Virus record (IMG/VR): IMGVR_UViG_3300032285_004073
Coordinates: 64,001-128,000 of that record
Source: a virus
DNA: 64,000 bases
Direction: 5' to 3' (one strand)
Below are positions 46,034 through 54,852 of this stretch, piece by piece. The notes beneath the pieces are model-generated. The model was not told the DNA's origin and made no database searches. It saw only the letters and a list, made by a program, of their open reading frames with translations. The position numbers were made by a program, and so were the translations under genes. How positions within the stretch are numbered: position 1 is the first letter of the stretch; the number at the start of each line of letters is the position of its first letter.

Positions 46034-46413
46034 AACTTTCTTTAGGTGGTTTAAAAACTTTATGTGAAACTAATGTGGTTGAAATTAAATTTCAACGCCG
46101 CTTAATAGTTTCAGGAAAACCGCCTACAAGAAGAATATTAGCAACTTTAGATCGAAAGATTTTAGATTCTAAATTAGGTAGAGATATTTTACATTTCAAA
46201 CAACCAACTCAATCACCAGCCTACAACACAGCTGCAAAAGGGTTATTAACTGTTTGGGATATTTTATATCAAAATTGGAGAAACATACCTGTAGCTAATT
46301 GTGACGTTGTTTCAGTTATACCTTCCACGCCACCAGAAAAATTTTGGGAATATTTTAATAAAACAATAGCTAATATGTCTGCGGCACAGAAAGCTGCGTT
46401 TATGGATAAATAA
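46030..46413 (+). CDS. DUF2693/WYL_2-like SH3-fold protein
   Basis: VEIKF, RRILATL, VWD...WRNI pattern. Confidence 0.5.
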   Translation: MKLSLGGLKTLCETNVVEIKFQRRLIVSGKPPTRRILATLDRKILDSKLGRDILHFKQPTQSPAYNTAAKGLLTVWDILYQNWRNIPVANCDVVSVIPSTPPEKFWEYFNKTIANMSAAQKAAFMDK

Positions 46414-46414
46414 A

Positions 46415-46771
46415 ATGAATATCAACGGAACAATTATAGAAGATGCTTGTAAATTTTTATTACAAAAAAAGATAACATTAGAATTTGGAAACAAAATTTA
46501 TAAACAAGGTAAATTTATTCTTTTTTATCAAAAGAATTTTTATATTATGTTTATAATAGATACACAACGCAAAGAAAAAGAAAAAATTGAAATCCCCATT
46601 CCCTATGACGTTGAAATTCACAAGGAGGACGGATTAATATATTTTGATTACCGAATTAAAACATTAGCAAAACATGCACCAGAAATTGAAAATTATCTTA
46701 GAGTATATCCAAACAAAACTTCTGGTAATAGGTTTTGGGATTCGATTTTAACCATTAATACCAATGAATAA
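46415..46771 (+). CDS. Hypothetical protein
   Basis: 118-aa ORF in an operon. Confidence 0.65.
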   Translation: MNINGTIIEDACKFLLQKKITLEFGNKIYKQGKFILFYQKNFYIMFIIDTQRKEKEKIEIPIPYDVEIHKEDGLIYFDYRIKTLAKHAPEIENYLRVYPNKTSGNRFWDSILTINTNE

Positions 46772-47009
46772 AATATTAATATATAGTGCCTTTTCTGGAA
46801 CCTATTATGAGATTCTAGAATCAGACATTTCTTTATTAGATATCGGTCAAATACCACTTCTTAATAAACCTAAATCAAATTGTAATAAATGTCAAGGCCG
46901 CGGTCATACAGGCAGAGACACTCAAAATTACACTTATGCAGTATGTTCCTGCGTGAGAAAAGTCATAAACTTTAATATAATTAAGAGTGCAGAAAATATT
47001 AAACTCTAA
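46764..47009 (+). CDS. Small protein with DnaJ-type Zn motif
   Basis: CNKCQGRG...CSC. Confidence 0.55.
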   Translation: MNKILIYSAFSGTYYEILESDISLLDIGQIPLLNKPKSNCNKCQGRGHTGRDTQNYTYAVCSCVRKVINFNIIKSAENIKL

Positions 47010-48657
47010 ATTTCTTCAAACCTTTTCAGGTACACCTCGTCCCCAGCAGATAGAGGCTTTAGGAAAAATAGAGAAAGCTTTTGAAGCCGGTAAAAAATAT
47101 GTAATAGCTTGTTTGCCTACAGGATCTGGTAAATCTCATATAGGAGTTGCAGTAGCGGCTTCTGCAAAAAAAATAGATAAAGAGCGTAAAGATATTTTAG
47201 AAAATTATGGTATCTATAAAAGAGATCGTAATGGTGGATATCTTTATGAATCAGATTTCTTAGACAAGCCATCTTATGGAAGTTTTATTTTTACAGTTAC
47301 CAAATCCCTACAAGATCAATACCAAGAACTTTTTAAAGACATTGTTTTAGGTAAAGGTAAAAATAATTACATTTGTGATGTAGATCAAAACCTTACAGTA
47401 GACTTTGCTCCGTGCATGTTCTCTGCCAATTTAAGAGAAGATTGTTTTAGCAAAAATAGATGTCCTTATTACAAGAGCCGCAATGAGTCTCTAATGTCAC
47501 AATACTCGGTTTTAAATTACAAGTACCTGATAAATCTTCCCCCTTATTTAAGAAAAAGAGAGATTTATATTTGTGATGAAGCTAGTGAAATAGAAGATGA
47601 ATTGGTAGGACAATATTCAGTAACTATTTCTTATGCATTTCTTGCAGCAGAAAATATAATGTTTAAGAAAATTATTTCAGATGACTCAGATGAAGCTGGT
47701 AGGTGGTTACAGGATATTTATATTCAGCTTAAAAATGAATTAGCAGATTTGAAACATAAAGTGTCTTTAATGTCACAAAAGAAAAATTCTTTTTCTGGTC
47801 TACAATTTAAGCAAATGCAAAGGCTTAGTAAAATGACTGGTATGGTTAATACTATAGGAGATGCAGTTGAGTCTTGGCATGAATGTGAATACATGATTGA
47901 AAAGAAAGATTCAGAATCAGTTACTTTTACACCTTATGATATTAAACCTCTAGCAAAAAGAATATTTGATGGTGCAGACAAAGTTTTAATGATGTCCGCC
48001 ACTATTAGTAATCCAAAAGAATTTGCAAAAAGCTTGGGTATTAAAGAAAATGATTTTGAATATATTGAAGTAGCTTCAACCTTTGATCCTAAAAAATCCC
48101 CCATTTACTGTTCTACAAAATATAGTCTTTCTTACAATAATATGGTCAAGGACCTCCCGAAGGTTTTAGATATGGCTTTAACTGTTTGCGACAACCACAA
48201 AGGGGAAAAAGGCATTATTCATACTCATACAAATCAAATTACAGAATCTTTAAAAAAGAAAAGTAAAAATAAAAATAGACAATTTCTTTTTAGGGAAGTC
48301 GGGTCATCCAATGAAGATATAGTTAAAGCTCATAAAGATGATATTAATAACGACACAATTTTAGTAAGTCCCTCCTTAGATACGGGTCTAAGTCTTGATG
48401 GAGATCTGGGAAGATTTCAAATTATAATCAAAGCACCTTATTTGCCGTTGGGCTCAAAAAGAATTAAAAAGCTCTTTGAAAAGAATAAAGAGCATTATTC
48501 CATGAAGATGTTAGATTCTTTGATTCAAATGTCAGGTAGATGCACCAGATCCATAGACGATCATTCAACTACCTATATCTTAGATGGGGTTGCAGTCAAG
48601 GCTATTATGGCCAATAAAAGAAATTTACCTAAACATTTTCTAGATCGTTTCGTCTAA
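46987..48657 (+). CDS. DinG/XPD-family Fe-S helicase
   Basis: RPQQ, PTGSGKS, four-Cys cluster (C..APC..C..CPY), DEAS, MSAT, SLDTGL, IKAPY, QMSGRCTR. Confidence 0.88.
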   Translation: MQKILNSKFLQTFSGTPRPQQIEALGKIEKAFEAGKKYVIACLPTGSGKSHIGVAVAASAKKIDKERKDILENYGIYKRDRNGGYLYESDFLDKPSYGSFIFTVTKSLQDQYQELFKDIVLGKGKNNYICDVDQNLTVDFAPCMFSANLREDCFSKNRCPYYKSRNESLMSQYSVLNYKYLINLPPYLRKREIYICDEASEIEDELVGQYSVTISYAFLAAENIMFKKIISDDSDEAGRWLQDIYIQLKNELADLKHKVSLMSQKKNSFSGLQFKQMQRLSKMTGMVNTIGDAVESWHECEYMIEKKDSESVTFTPYDIKPLAKRIFDGADKVLMMSATISNPKEFAKSLGIKENDFEYIEVASTFDPKKSPIYCSTKYSLSYNNMVKDLPKVLDMALTVCDNHKGEKGIIHTHTNQITESLKKKSKNKNRQFLFREVGSSNEDIVKAHKDDINNDTILVSPSLDTGLSLDGDLGRFQIIIKAPYLPLGSKRIKKLFEKNKEHYSMKMLDSLIQMSGRCTRSIDDHSTTYILDGVAVKAIMANKRNLPKHFLDRFV

Positions 48658-48668
48658 GTATTAGACGG

Positions 48669-49367
48669 ATGCAAAATTATACCTTTGGATTTGAAATACA
48701 AACCATATTAGAACAATTTGTAGGAGCTTTTAATGATATTATTATTAAAAGATATGATAATACAAAAACCTTAACTACACCTACATCTGGAATTGGTGTA
48801 AAATTTGTATATGCCCCTAAACAAAGAGTCTATGAAGCAATTAACACTCCAGCTCCTGGTGGTATAACACTTCCAGTAGTATCTGTTAATATAACTAATT
48901 TATCCAGAGATAACTCTAGAGTTTTTAACAAATTAGAAGGATTTGCTATAGAAACTGGATCTCATTATAATAGATCTGGTGTATTACAGCATATACCGCA
49001 ACCAGTACCGGTTAATATCGGAGTTAATATGACTATTGTCACAAAATTTCAATCAGACATGGATCAAATTATTAGCAATTTTGTTCCATACTGTGATCCT
49101 TATATTATTATCTCTTGGAAATTGCCATCCCCTTCTAAATCGACAGTTCCTTATGAATTAAGAACTGAAGTATTATGGAATGGAACCATCAATACGACTT
49201 ATCCAACAGAATTAAATAATACACAAGCTCAAAGATTGGTAGCAGAAACTTCATTTACTATTAAAGGCTGGTTATTTAAGAATGTTAACGAAACAATAAA
49301 TCGTATATATACTATAAATTCAGATTTTACTACAGATAATAATACTTCTATTTTTGATACTCTTTAA
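48669..49367 (+). CDS. gp15: Tail completion/sheath stabiliser (T4 gp15-like)
   Basis: FVGAFNDIIIKR, YAPKQR, PVPVNIGVNM, QIISNFVPY, FTIKGWLF. Confidence 0.8.
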   Translation: MQNYTFGFEIQTILEQFVGAFNDIIIKRYDNTKTLTTPTSGIGVKFVYAPKQRVYEAINTPAPGGITLPVVSVNITNLSRDNSRVFNKLEGFAIETGSHYNRSGVLQHIPQPVPVNIGVNMTIVTKFQSDMDQIISNFVPYCDPYIIISWKLPSPSKSTVPYELRTEVLWNGTINTTYPTELNNTQAQRLVAETSFTIKGWLFKNVNETINRIYTINSDFTTDNNTSIFDTL

Positions 49368-49390
49368 TTTTAAGGATAAGTAATATTATA

Positions 49391-50269
49391 ATGGATCCAG
49401 TATTACCTAATAGTTTTCACGGTTCTTCTACATTTGCACCTAAAATCACCACATATGATGCTTTAGCTCAAAGAGTAAGAAGATCTTTAGGAGAACCTTT
49501 AATTCAAATAGAAGTTAGTAGTGAGCAAATGTATGAAAACATAGATTATGCTTGCGAGTATTTTACTAAATTTGCAGGTACTACGGAAGAATTTTTAATT
49601 TTTAGATCAGATCTTTATGTCCCTGGAGTAGGACTTCCGGTAGGAAGATTAATGAATATTACTCCTCAATTATATAATTCAGCTAATCCAGATTCTGCCA
49701 CCGCAAGTGTAAGTGCTGGATGGGATATGGATAGAAATGCTTATAGACCAGTTGTTGATGTCTATTCATTCGCAGAGGGTAATAATACAGGTGTTAATAC
49801 TTTGTTTACTATAGAGCATACAATTGCTCAACAAGCATATTTTGGTCATCTTCTCGGTAATGTTGGTTATGATCTTATTACTTGGCAAGCTCTCAAAGGA
49901 TGGTTGGATACAAGAGACAAAGTTTTAGCCTTAACACCTTATATGCGTTTTGATCCTTATAATCAAGTATTAAAACTCATACCAGAACCACAAACACTTC
50001 CTCCTTATTACGGATTAATTGGTTGTCATATGCAATTACCTATTAAAGACATTGTCAGCCAATTATGGGTTTATAGATATGTGTTAGCTTTGACTAAAAT
50101 AAGTGTAGCTCATGTAAGAAGCAAATATGCCGGAACTAATATTTTTGGCGGACAAACAGTTAATGCTACAGATCTTTTCAGACAAGGAGAAAAGGAAAAA
50201 GACGAATTAGAAGCAGAACTTAAGAAGGAAATGGTTGATACCTTGCCTCCTAAATTCTTTATTGGATAA
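49391..50269 (+). CDS. gp13: Neck protein (T4 gp13-like)
   Basis: RSLGEPLIQIEV, WVYRYVLALTK, SKYAG..GGQTVN. Confidence 0.85.
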   Translation: MDPVLPNSFHGSSTFAPKITTYDALAQRVRRSLGEPLIQIEVSSEQMYENIDYACEYFTKFAGTTEEFLIFRSDLYVPGVGLPVGRLMNITPQLYNSANPDSATASVSAGWDMDRNAYRPVVDVYSFAEGNNTGVNTLFTIEHTIAQQAYFGHLLGNVGYDLITWQALKGWLDTRDKVLALTPYMRFDPYNQVLKLIPEPQTLPPYYGLIGCHMQLPIKDIVSQLWVYRYVLALTKISVAHVRSKYAGTNIFGGQTVNATDLFRQGEKEKDELEAELKKEMVDTLPPKFFIG

Positions 50270-50271
50270 TT

Positions 50272-50736
50272 TTGAAAATTCCAATTAAAAAGAAAAATAG
50301 AAAGTTTCTGCAAGGAACTTTTAATGCTCGTAATATAAACAAATACAAAGGTTCTTTACCTATTATATATAGAAGTTCTTTGGAACTAGCAGCTTTTCGT
50401 TGGATGGATAATAACCCTAATGTAATTTCTTGGGGTTCAGAATCTGTGATTATACCTTATCAATCACCTTTAGATGGAAGAGTTCACAGGTATTTTGTTG
50501 ATTTAGTTGCCTTGTTAAAAGATAAAGATGGAATTGATAAAAAACTTTTGATAGAAATTAAACCTTCTAAACAAACAGTCAAACCAATTGTTTCTGATCG
50601 CAAGAGTAATAAAACAATGATATATGAACAAACTCAATTTGTTCTTAATCAAGCCAAGTGGTCTGCAGCAGAGCAATGGGCTAAAAATAAAGGTTATATC
50701 TTTTTAATTTTAACAGAAAAAGATTTAATTCAGTGA
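50272..50736 (+). CDS. gp4: Head completion protein (T4 gp4-like, TnsA-N fold; TTG start)
   Basis: KYKG, YRSSLE, WGSE, HRYFVD, IEIKP, NQAKW.AA. Confidence 0.9.
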   Translation: MKIPIKKKNRKFLQGTFNARNINKYKGSLPIIYRSSLELAAFRWMDNNPNVISWGSESVIIPYQSPLDGRVHRYFVDLVALLKDKDGIDKKLLIEIKPSKQTVKPIVSDRKSNKTMIYEQTQFVLNQAKWSAAEQWAKNKGYIFLILTEKDLIQ

Positions 50737-50752
50737 TTGTGACGACTCGGAG

Positions 50753-50760
50753 TATAAATA
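50753..50760 (+). promoter_or_regulatory. T4-type late promoter TATAAATA
   Basis: Exact consensus upstream of gp21. Confidence 0.75.
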
Positions 50761-50776
50761 TTTCCAGTAAATTATT

Positions 50777-51451
50777 ATGAGTCAAAATGTTTATCGTCTT
50801 TTAGTAGAGGAACCCACCTATGAGGTCAAGTATCTTATAGAAGAAAAAAACAGAAACACTCCTTCCATCCTCCATATTGAAGGAGATTTCTTAATGGCCA
50901 ATGAGCCTAATAGAAATAAAAGAGTTTATCCGTTAGAAGAAATGGCTAAAGAAGTTTCTCGTTATGAAAAAGATATGATTTTAAATAACAGGGCTACCGG
51001 TGAATTAAATCACCCTAATGAACCAGAAATTAATTTAGAGAGAGTTTGTCATATGGTGACCTCTCTTAGACAAGAGGGAAATATTTTTAAAGGTAAGTCT
51101 CGTGTGCTTTCCACACCTATGGGTCAAATAGTCCGTTCATTAATTATGGATGGTGTTAAACTCGGTGTTTCCAGTAGAGCTCTTGGGCGATTAGAGCCAG
51201 ATGGCAACGGCACCAATAGAGTTGCTGATTTTAAATTAGTTGCAGTCGATGTTGTAGCCGATCCTTCTGTACCATCTGCTTTTGTAAATGGTATTTTAGA
51301 ATCCAAACAATGGATTTTAGCCGATGATGGTAAATTTGCTCCTGTATATGATAAATTTGAAAAGAGCATATCATCTTTGCCTAAGAAACTCACAGATCAA
51401 TACCTCAGAGAGCAAGTCATTAATTTTATTAATGCATTAAAAACTCTTTAA
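50777..51451 (+). CDS. gp21: Prohead protease (T4 gp21-like)
   Basis: NRNKRVY, GELNHP, TPMGQIV, LGVSSRALG, DVVADPS. Confidence 0.95.
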   Translation: MSQNVYRLLVEEPTYEVKYLIEEKNRNTPSILHIEGDFLMANEPNRNKRVYPLEEMAKEVSRYEKDMILNNRATGELNHPNEPEINLERVCHMVTSLRQEGNIFKGKSRVLSTPMGQIVRSLIMDGVKLGVSSRALGRLEPDGNGTNRVADFKLVAVDVVADPSVPSAFVNGILESKQWILADDGKFAPVYDKFEKSISSLPKKLTDQYLREQVINFINALKTL

Positions 51452-51485
51452 TTTACATTGTCTAAGGGTAAATAAATAATATAAC

Positions 51486-51749
51486 ATGAGTATTCGTTCC
51501 ATTATATCAAAATTTGTAGCACAGATTTGTGAAAAAAATTACAAAGCTGCTAATTCTACTTTAGATCAAATAGTTTCCGAAAAAGTTACGGCTCGTATCA
51601 AAAAAACAGCCGAAACACAAAAAGCCAAAAAACAGAAAAAAATTGGCAAAGTAATCGAAAAAGAAGTTAAGAAAGGTCATCCTGTAAAGCAAGCTGCTGC
51701 CATTGCTTACAAAAAAACAGAAAAAAAGGCCCCTAAGAAGAGTAAGTAA
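51486..51749 (+). CDS. Small basic prohead-core-like protein
   Basis: Lies between gp21 and gp22; Lys-rich tail; TAAATA upstream. Confidence 0.55.
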   Translation: MSIRSIISKFVAQICEKNYKAANSTLDQIVSEKVTARIKKTAETQKAKKQKKIGKVIEKEVKKGHPVKQAAAIAYKKTEKKAPKKSK

Positions 51750-51766
51750 TTGCACAATTAAATTAT

Positions 51767-52645
51767 ATGGATCTCTCATCTATTCTCAAAAATATCGACA
51801 GTAATGTTTTAAATGAAGAAACAGCCACAGCTATTGCCGAGGCGTTTAAAAGTGCAGTTGATGAAAAAGTCAATAATAGAGTAACTCTTGAACTTGAAAG
51901 TGCTCTTAGCAAACAAGATGAAGAGCATGCCACAAAATTAGAAAATCTTTTAGAAGCCATTGACACTGATCATTCAGCTAAATTAGAAACAGTTGTTAAT
52001 GCTATTAATGAAAATCATACAGCCAAGTTAGAAAAGCTTGTTGAATATTACCGCAAGGCTCTTAATGAGAAAGCAGAAAACTTCAGCAACAAGGTTGTAG
52101 AAGAGCTTAGTAACTTTATCGATCTTTATATAGATAAAGCCATTCCTCAAACCCAATTAGAAGAAGCTGTTGCTAATACAACAGCTCGTCAACAGCTCGA
52201 GCAAATCAAAAACATTTTAGCCTTTGATCCATCTCACTTAAATGAAGATGTTAAAAAGATTATCACCCAAGGTAAAAACAAAGTTGATGAATTACAAAAT
52301 CAATTAAATGAATCTTATAGGGAAAATTTAACCCTTAAAGAACATCTTATCCATACACAATCAGCCCTTCTCTTAGAGGAGAAAACTAAGGGCATGCGTA
52401 CAGCTAAAAAGAATTTTATTACAAAAATATTGAGCGACAAGTCACCTGAGTATATTTCAGAGAACTTAAATTATGTCGTTGAGATGTTCGAGAGAGAAGA
52501 GAAGGAAACTTCAGCTTCCCTTGTAGAAGAAGCAAAAGAAGCTTCCTTATCCAAGGGTGTTAAAGTACCTGCCGCTGTAATTTCTGAGAAAAAAGAAATT
52601 GACAGTCCAGTCTCCGGATATCTTACAGCTTTAAAGTCGGTCTAA
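51767..52645 (+). CDS. gp22: Prohead scaffold (T4 gp22-like)
   Basis: Acidic coiled-coil protein (LNEE, FKSAVDEKV, Y.NYVVE-like) between protease and capsid genes. Confidence 0.85.
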   Translation: MDLSSILKNIDSNVLNEETATAIAEAFKSAVDEKVNNRVTLELESALSKQDEEHATKLENLLEAIDTDHSAKLETVVNAINENHTAKLEKLVEYYRKALNEKAENFSNKVVEELSNFIDLYIDKAIPQTQLEEAVANTTARQQLEQIKNILAFDPSHLNEDVKKIITQGKNKVDELQNQLNESYRENLTLKEHLIHTQSALLLEEKTKGMRTAKKNFITKILSDKSPEYISENLNYVVEMFEREEKETSASLVEEAKEASLSKGVKVPAAVISEKKEIDSPVSGYLTALKSV

Positions 52646-52706
52646 GGCCGCTTTTATACGTTGGAGAAGAGCAATTAAGCACTTCCCGAATTCTATTCAA
52701 ATAGGA
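52638..52706 (+). promoter_or_regulatory. Structured 5' leader of the major capsid gene with an SD (AGGAG)
   Basis: Hairpins CGGTC-TAA-GGCCG, GGAGAAGAGC-AATTAA-GCACTTCCC and TTCTAT-TCAA-ATAGGA. Confidence 0.55.
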
Positions 52707-52715
52707 GAACTATAT

Positions 52716-54194
52716 ATGAACAATGTCAAACCAGCCCCTGGTTTCATCGATCGCTCTCGCGCCACTCAACTCTTAGAGAAGTGGGCCCCTGTTCTTGATT
52801 ATTCAAGTGACAAGGTTTCCCCAATCCAAGATGAGCATGCCCGTCTTTCAACAGCAATGTTGATGGAAAACCAAGAGCGTTGGTGCTTAGAGGAAGGTAG
52901 TGCTAATTCTTATGGTGGCAGTGCCTTTGGCTCTGTCCCAGCAGGAGCTAACATCTACAATCCAGCTAATACCCAATATGCTTCTAGTGATAATTATGCG
53001 CAGAATGATGCTCGCTTACCAAAGGTATTAATCCCAATGGTTCGCCGTACATTCCCAGAACTTATCACTAATGAGATCGTCGGTGTACAACCAATGAGTG
53101 GCCCAGTCGGACTTGCGTTCGCATTACGTTATCGCTATGAGGCAGATAGTTTAGGCTCAACGGGAGTTGATGGCTGGACCAGTGGTGTTTCACAAACCAG
53201 CAACACAGGCATCAGTCGTACAGGTGCAAACCCAACGACAGATGGCTCAGAACTTGGCTATAACTATCTTGATACTCGCTTTACTGGTACTTCAGCTGCC
53301 GCCCTTACAGGTAACACGGATTTTTACTTCCCTGATTCCGATAAAGGTGTCGCTGCATTACTCAGTCAATTCGAGTTATCTGGAAACATTCCACAGGTCA
53401 CTGTAGAGTTCAGTAAGACAGCAGTTGAAGCCGGCACACGCCGTCTCGCAGCTCGCTGGTCTGTTGAGCTCGAGCAGGATCTTAAGAACATGAACGGTCT
53501 CGATATCGACTCTGAATTAACAAATGCCATGAGCTATGAAATTCAAGCCGAAATCGATCGTGAAATGGTCATCAGAATGATCCAGACCTGTCTCAATGCC
53601 GGTTCTACAAATGGATATAGCTTCTGGTACGCTGCTTCAGCCGACGCTCGTTGGCTCGGAGAGCGTAATCGTGACTTCTACAGCAAGGTAATCGTACAAG
53701 CCAATCGTATTGCTATCCGCAATCGTCGTGGTAGCGCTAATTTCATTATCGCTACACCTAAGGTTTGTGCTATCCTTGAGATGTTACCCGAGTTCCAGTG
53801 GATGCCTGTAAATGGCAACATCAACACCCAACCAACTGGCATTGCCAAGGTTGGCACACTTGGTGGCCGTTTCAACGTCTACCGTGATACTCGTACAGAT
53901 GCTCAATTCCTCGCAGGACAACGCAGTGCAGCTCAAGCTATTGACTATGCCCTCTTAGGCTACAAAGGCACAGAGTACTACGATACAGGTATCGTATACT
54001 GCCCATATATCCCTGTCATGATTCAACGTACAATCGGGCCTAATGACTTCTCACCTCGCGTGGGACTCATGACCCGTTACGGTGTCGTAGATTATATCTT
54101 CGGTGCTAGCTTGTACTATCACGTAATCATCGTTAGCGGATTGGGTACCTCTTTTGCCGGCGGAGCCAATGGCCAGAGTACAATTTACATCTAA
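52716..54194 (+). CDS. gp23: Major capsid protein (T4 gp23-like)
   Basis: LLEKWAPVL, LIPMVRRTFP, GVQPMSGPVGLAFALR, AGTRRLAARWSVELEQDL, YCPYIP, TRYG. Confidence 0.98.
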   Translation: MNNVKPAPGFIDRSRATQLLEKWAPVLDYSSDKVSPIQDEHARLSTAMLMENQERWCLEEGSANSYGGSAFGSVPAGANIYNPANTQYASSDNYAQNDARLPKVLIPMVRRTFPELITNEIVGVQPMSGPVGLAFALRYRYEADSLGSTGVDGWTSGVSQTSNTGISRTGANPTTDGSELGYNYLDTRFTGTSAAALTGNTDFYFPDSDKGVAALLSQFELSGNIPQVTVEFSKTAVEAGTRRLAARWSVELEQDLKNMNGLDIDSELTNAMSYEIQAEIDREMVIRMIQTCLNAGSTNGYSFWYAASADARWLGERNRDFYSKVIVQANRIAIRNRRGSANFIIATPKVCAILEMLPEFQWMPVNGNINTQPTGIAKVGTLGGRFNVYRDTRTDAQFLAGQRSAAQAIDYALLGYKGTEYYDTGIVYCPYIPVMIQRTIGPNDFSPRVGLMTRYGVVDYIFGASLYYHVIIVSGLGTSFAGGANGQSTIYI

Positions 54195-54220
54195 TCTTTA
54201 GTTGTAAATTGTTAAAAGAT

Positions 54221-54257
54221 TTGCCTACCTTGATTGCTCGGGGTAGGCAATTTTTTT
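54221..54257 (+). terminator. Rho-independent terminator after gp23
   Basis: TTGCCTACCTTGA-TTGC-TCGGGGTAGGCAA followed by T7. Confidence 0.92.
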
Positions 54258-54259
54258 GC

Positions 54260-54288
54260 TTGTATTTTCCTTTACTATATATTAATAT
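54260..54288 (+). promoter_or_regulatory. Sigma70-like promoter TTGTAT-N17-TAATAT
   Basis: 6 nt upstream of ATG 54295. Confidence 0.55.
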
Positions 54289-54294
54289 ATTTGT

Positions 54295-54840
54295 ATGAAA
54301 TATGCTTTAACAGGATCTCATGGAGTAGGTAAGACTACTATTATTAATGAGCTATATGATTATCTAGAAGAATCTAAGATTAAACCTATTATTAATAGCA
54401 GTAATGCTCGTAAGATTGCTTTGTCTGGAAGAACAATTAATGATACAGGAGATGATATTGTTCAAATGATTGTTGAATGTAGTCATGTTAGTAAATTCTG
54501 TGAGGATAATTGGTTTGCAGATCGAAGTGTTTTAGATGGTTATGCATATACGAAATATCTTCATGCTACTGGAAAGGTATCAGATGAAGTAATGAATGTA
54601 GTAGGTAAGCTTATGTCTACATTTGTTAAGCTTTATGATAATATCTTTTATATTCCAGTGGAGTTTGATATGATTAAAGATGGTGTTAGAAAAGAAGATT
54701 CTAAATTTCAAAAGAATATTGATAATATTATTTTTAATACGATGTATGATAATAATGTTCATTTTAATACTATTAGAGGTTCTGTGACAGAAAGAGTGGA
54801 AAAGATTAAGAGTATTATTCACCCTCACTTTGACTTCTAA
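54295..54840 (+). CDS. Second P-loop nucleotide kinase-like protein (AAA_28-like)
   Basis: LTGSHGVGKTT, ADRSVLDGYAY, DGVRKED. Confidence 0.78.
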   Translation: MKYALTGSHGVGKTTIINELYDYLEESKIKPIINSSNARKIALSGRTINDTGDDIVQMIVECSHVSKFCEDNWFADRSVLDGYAYTKYLHATGKVSDEVMNVVGKLMSTFVKLYDNIFYIPVEFDMIKDGVRKEDSKFQKNIDNIIFNTMYDNNVHFNTIRGSVTERVEKIKSIIHPHFDF

Positions 54841-54852
54841 GCCTTAAAAATT

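Noticed and set aside
51561-51966. Minus-strand ORFs over the gp21-gp22 region (51124, 51561, 51763) and 53167/53678 in gp23
   Set aside because: They are antisense or alternate-frame shadows of conserved head genes.
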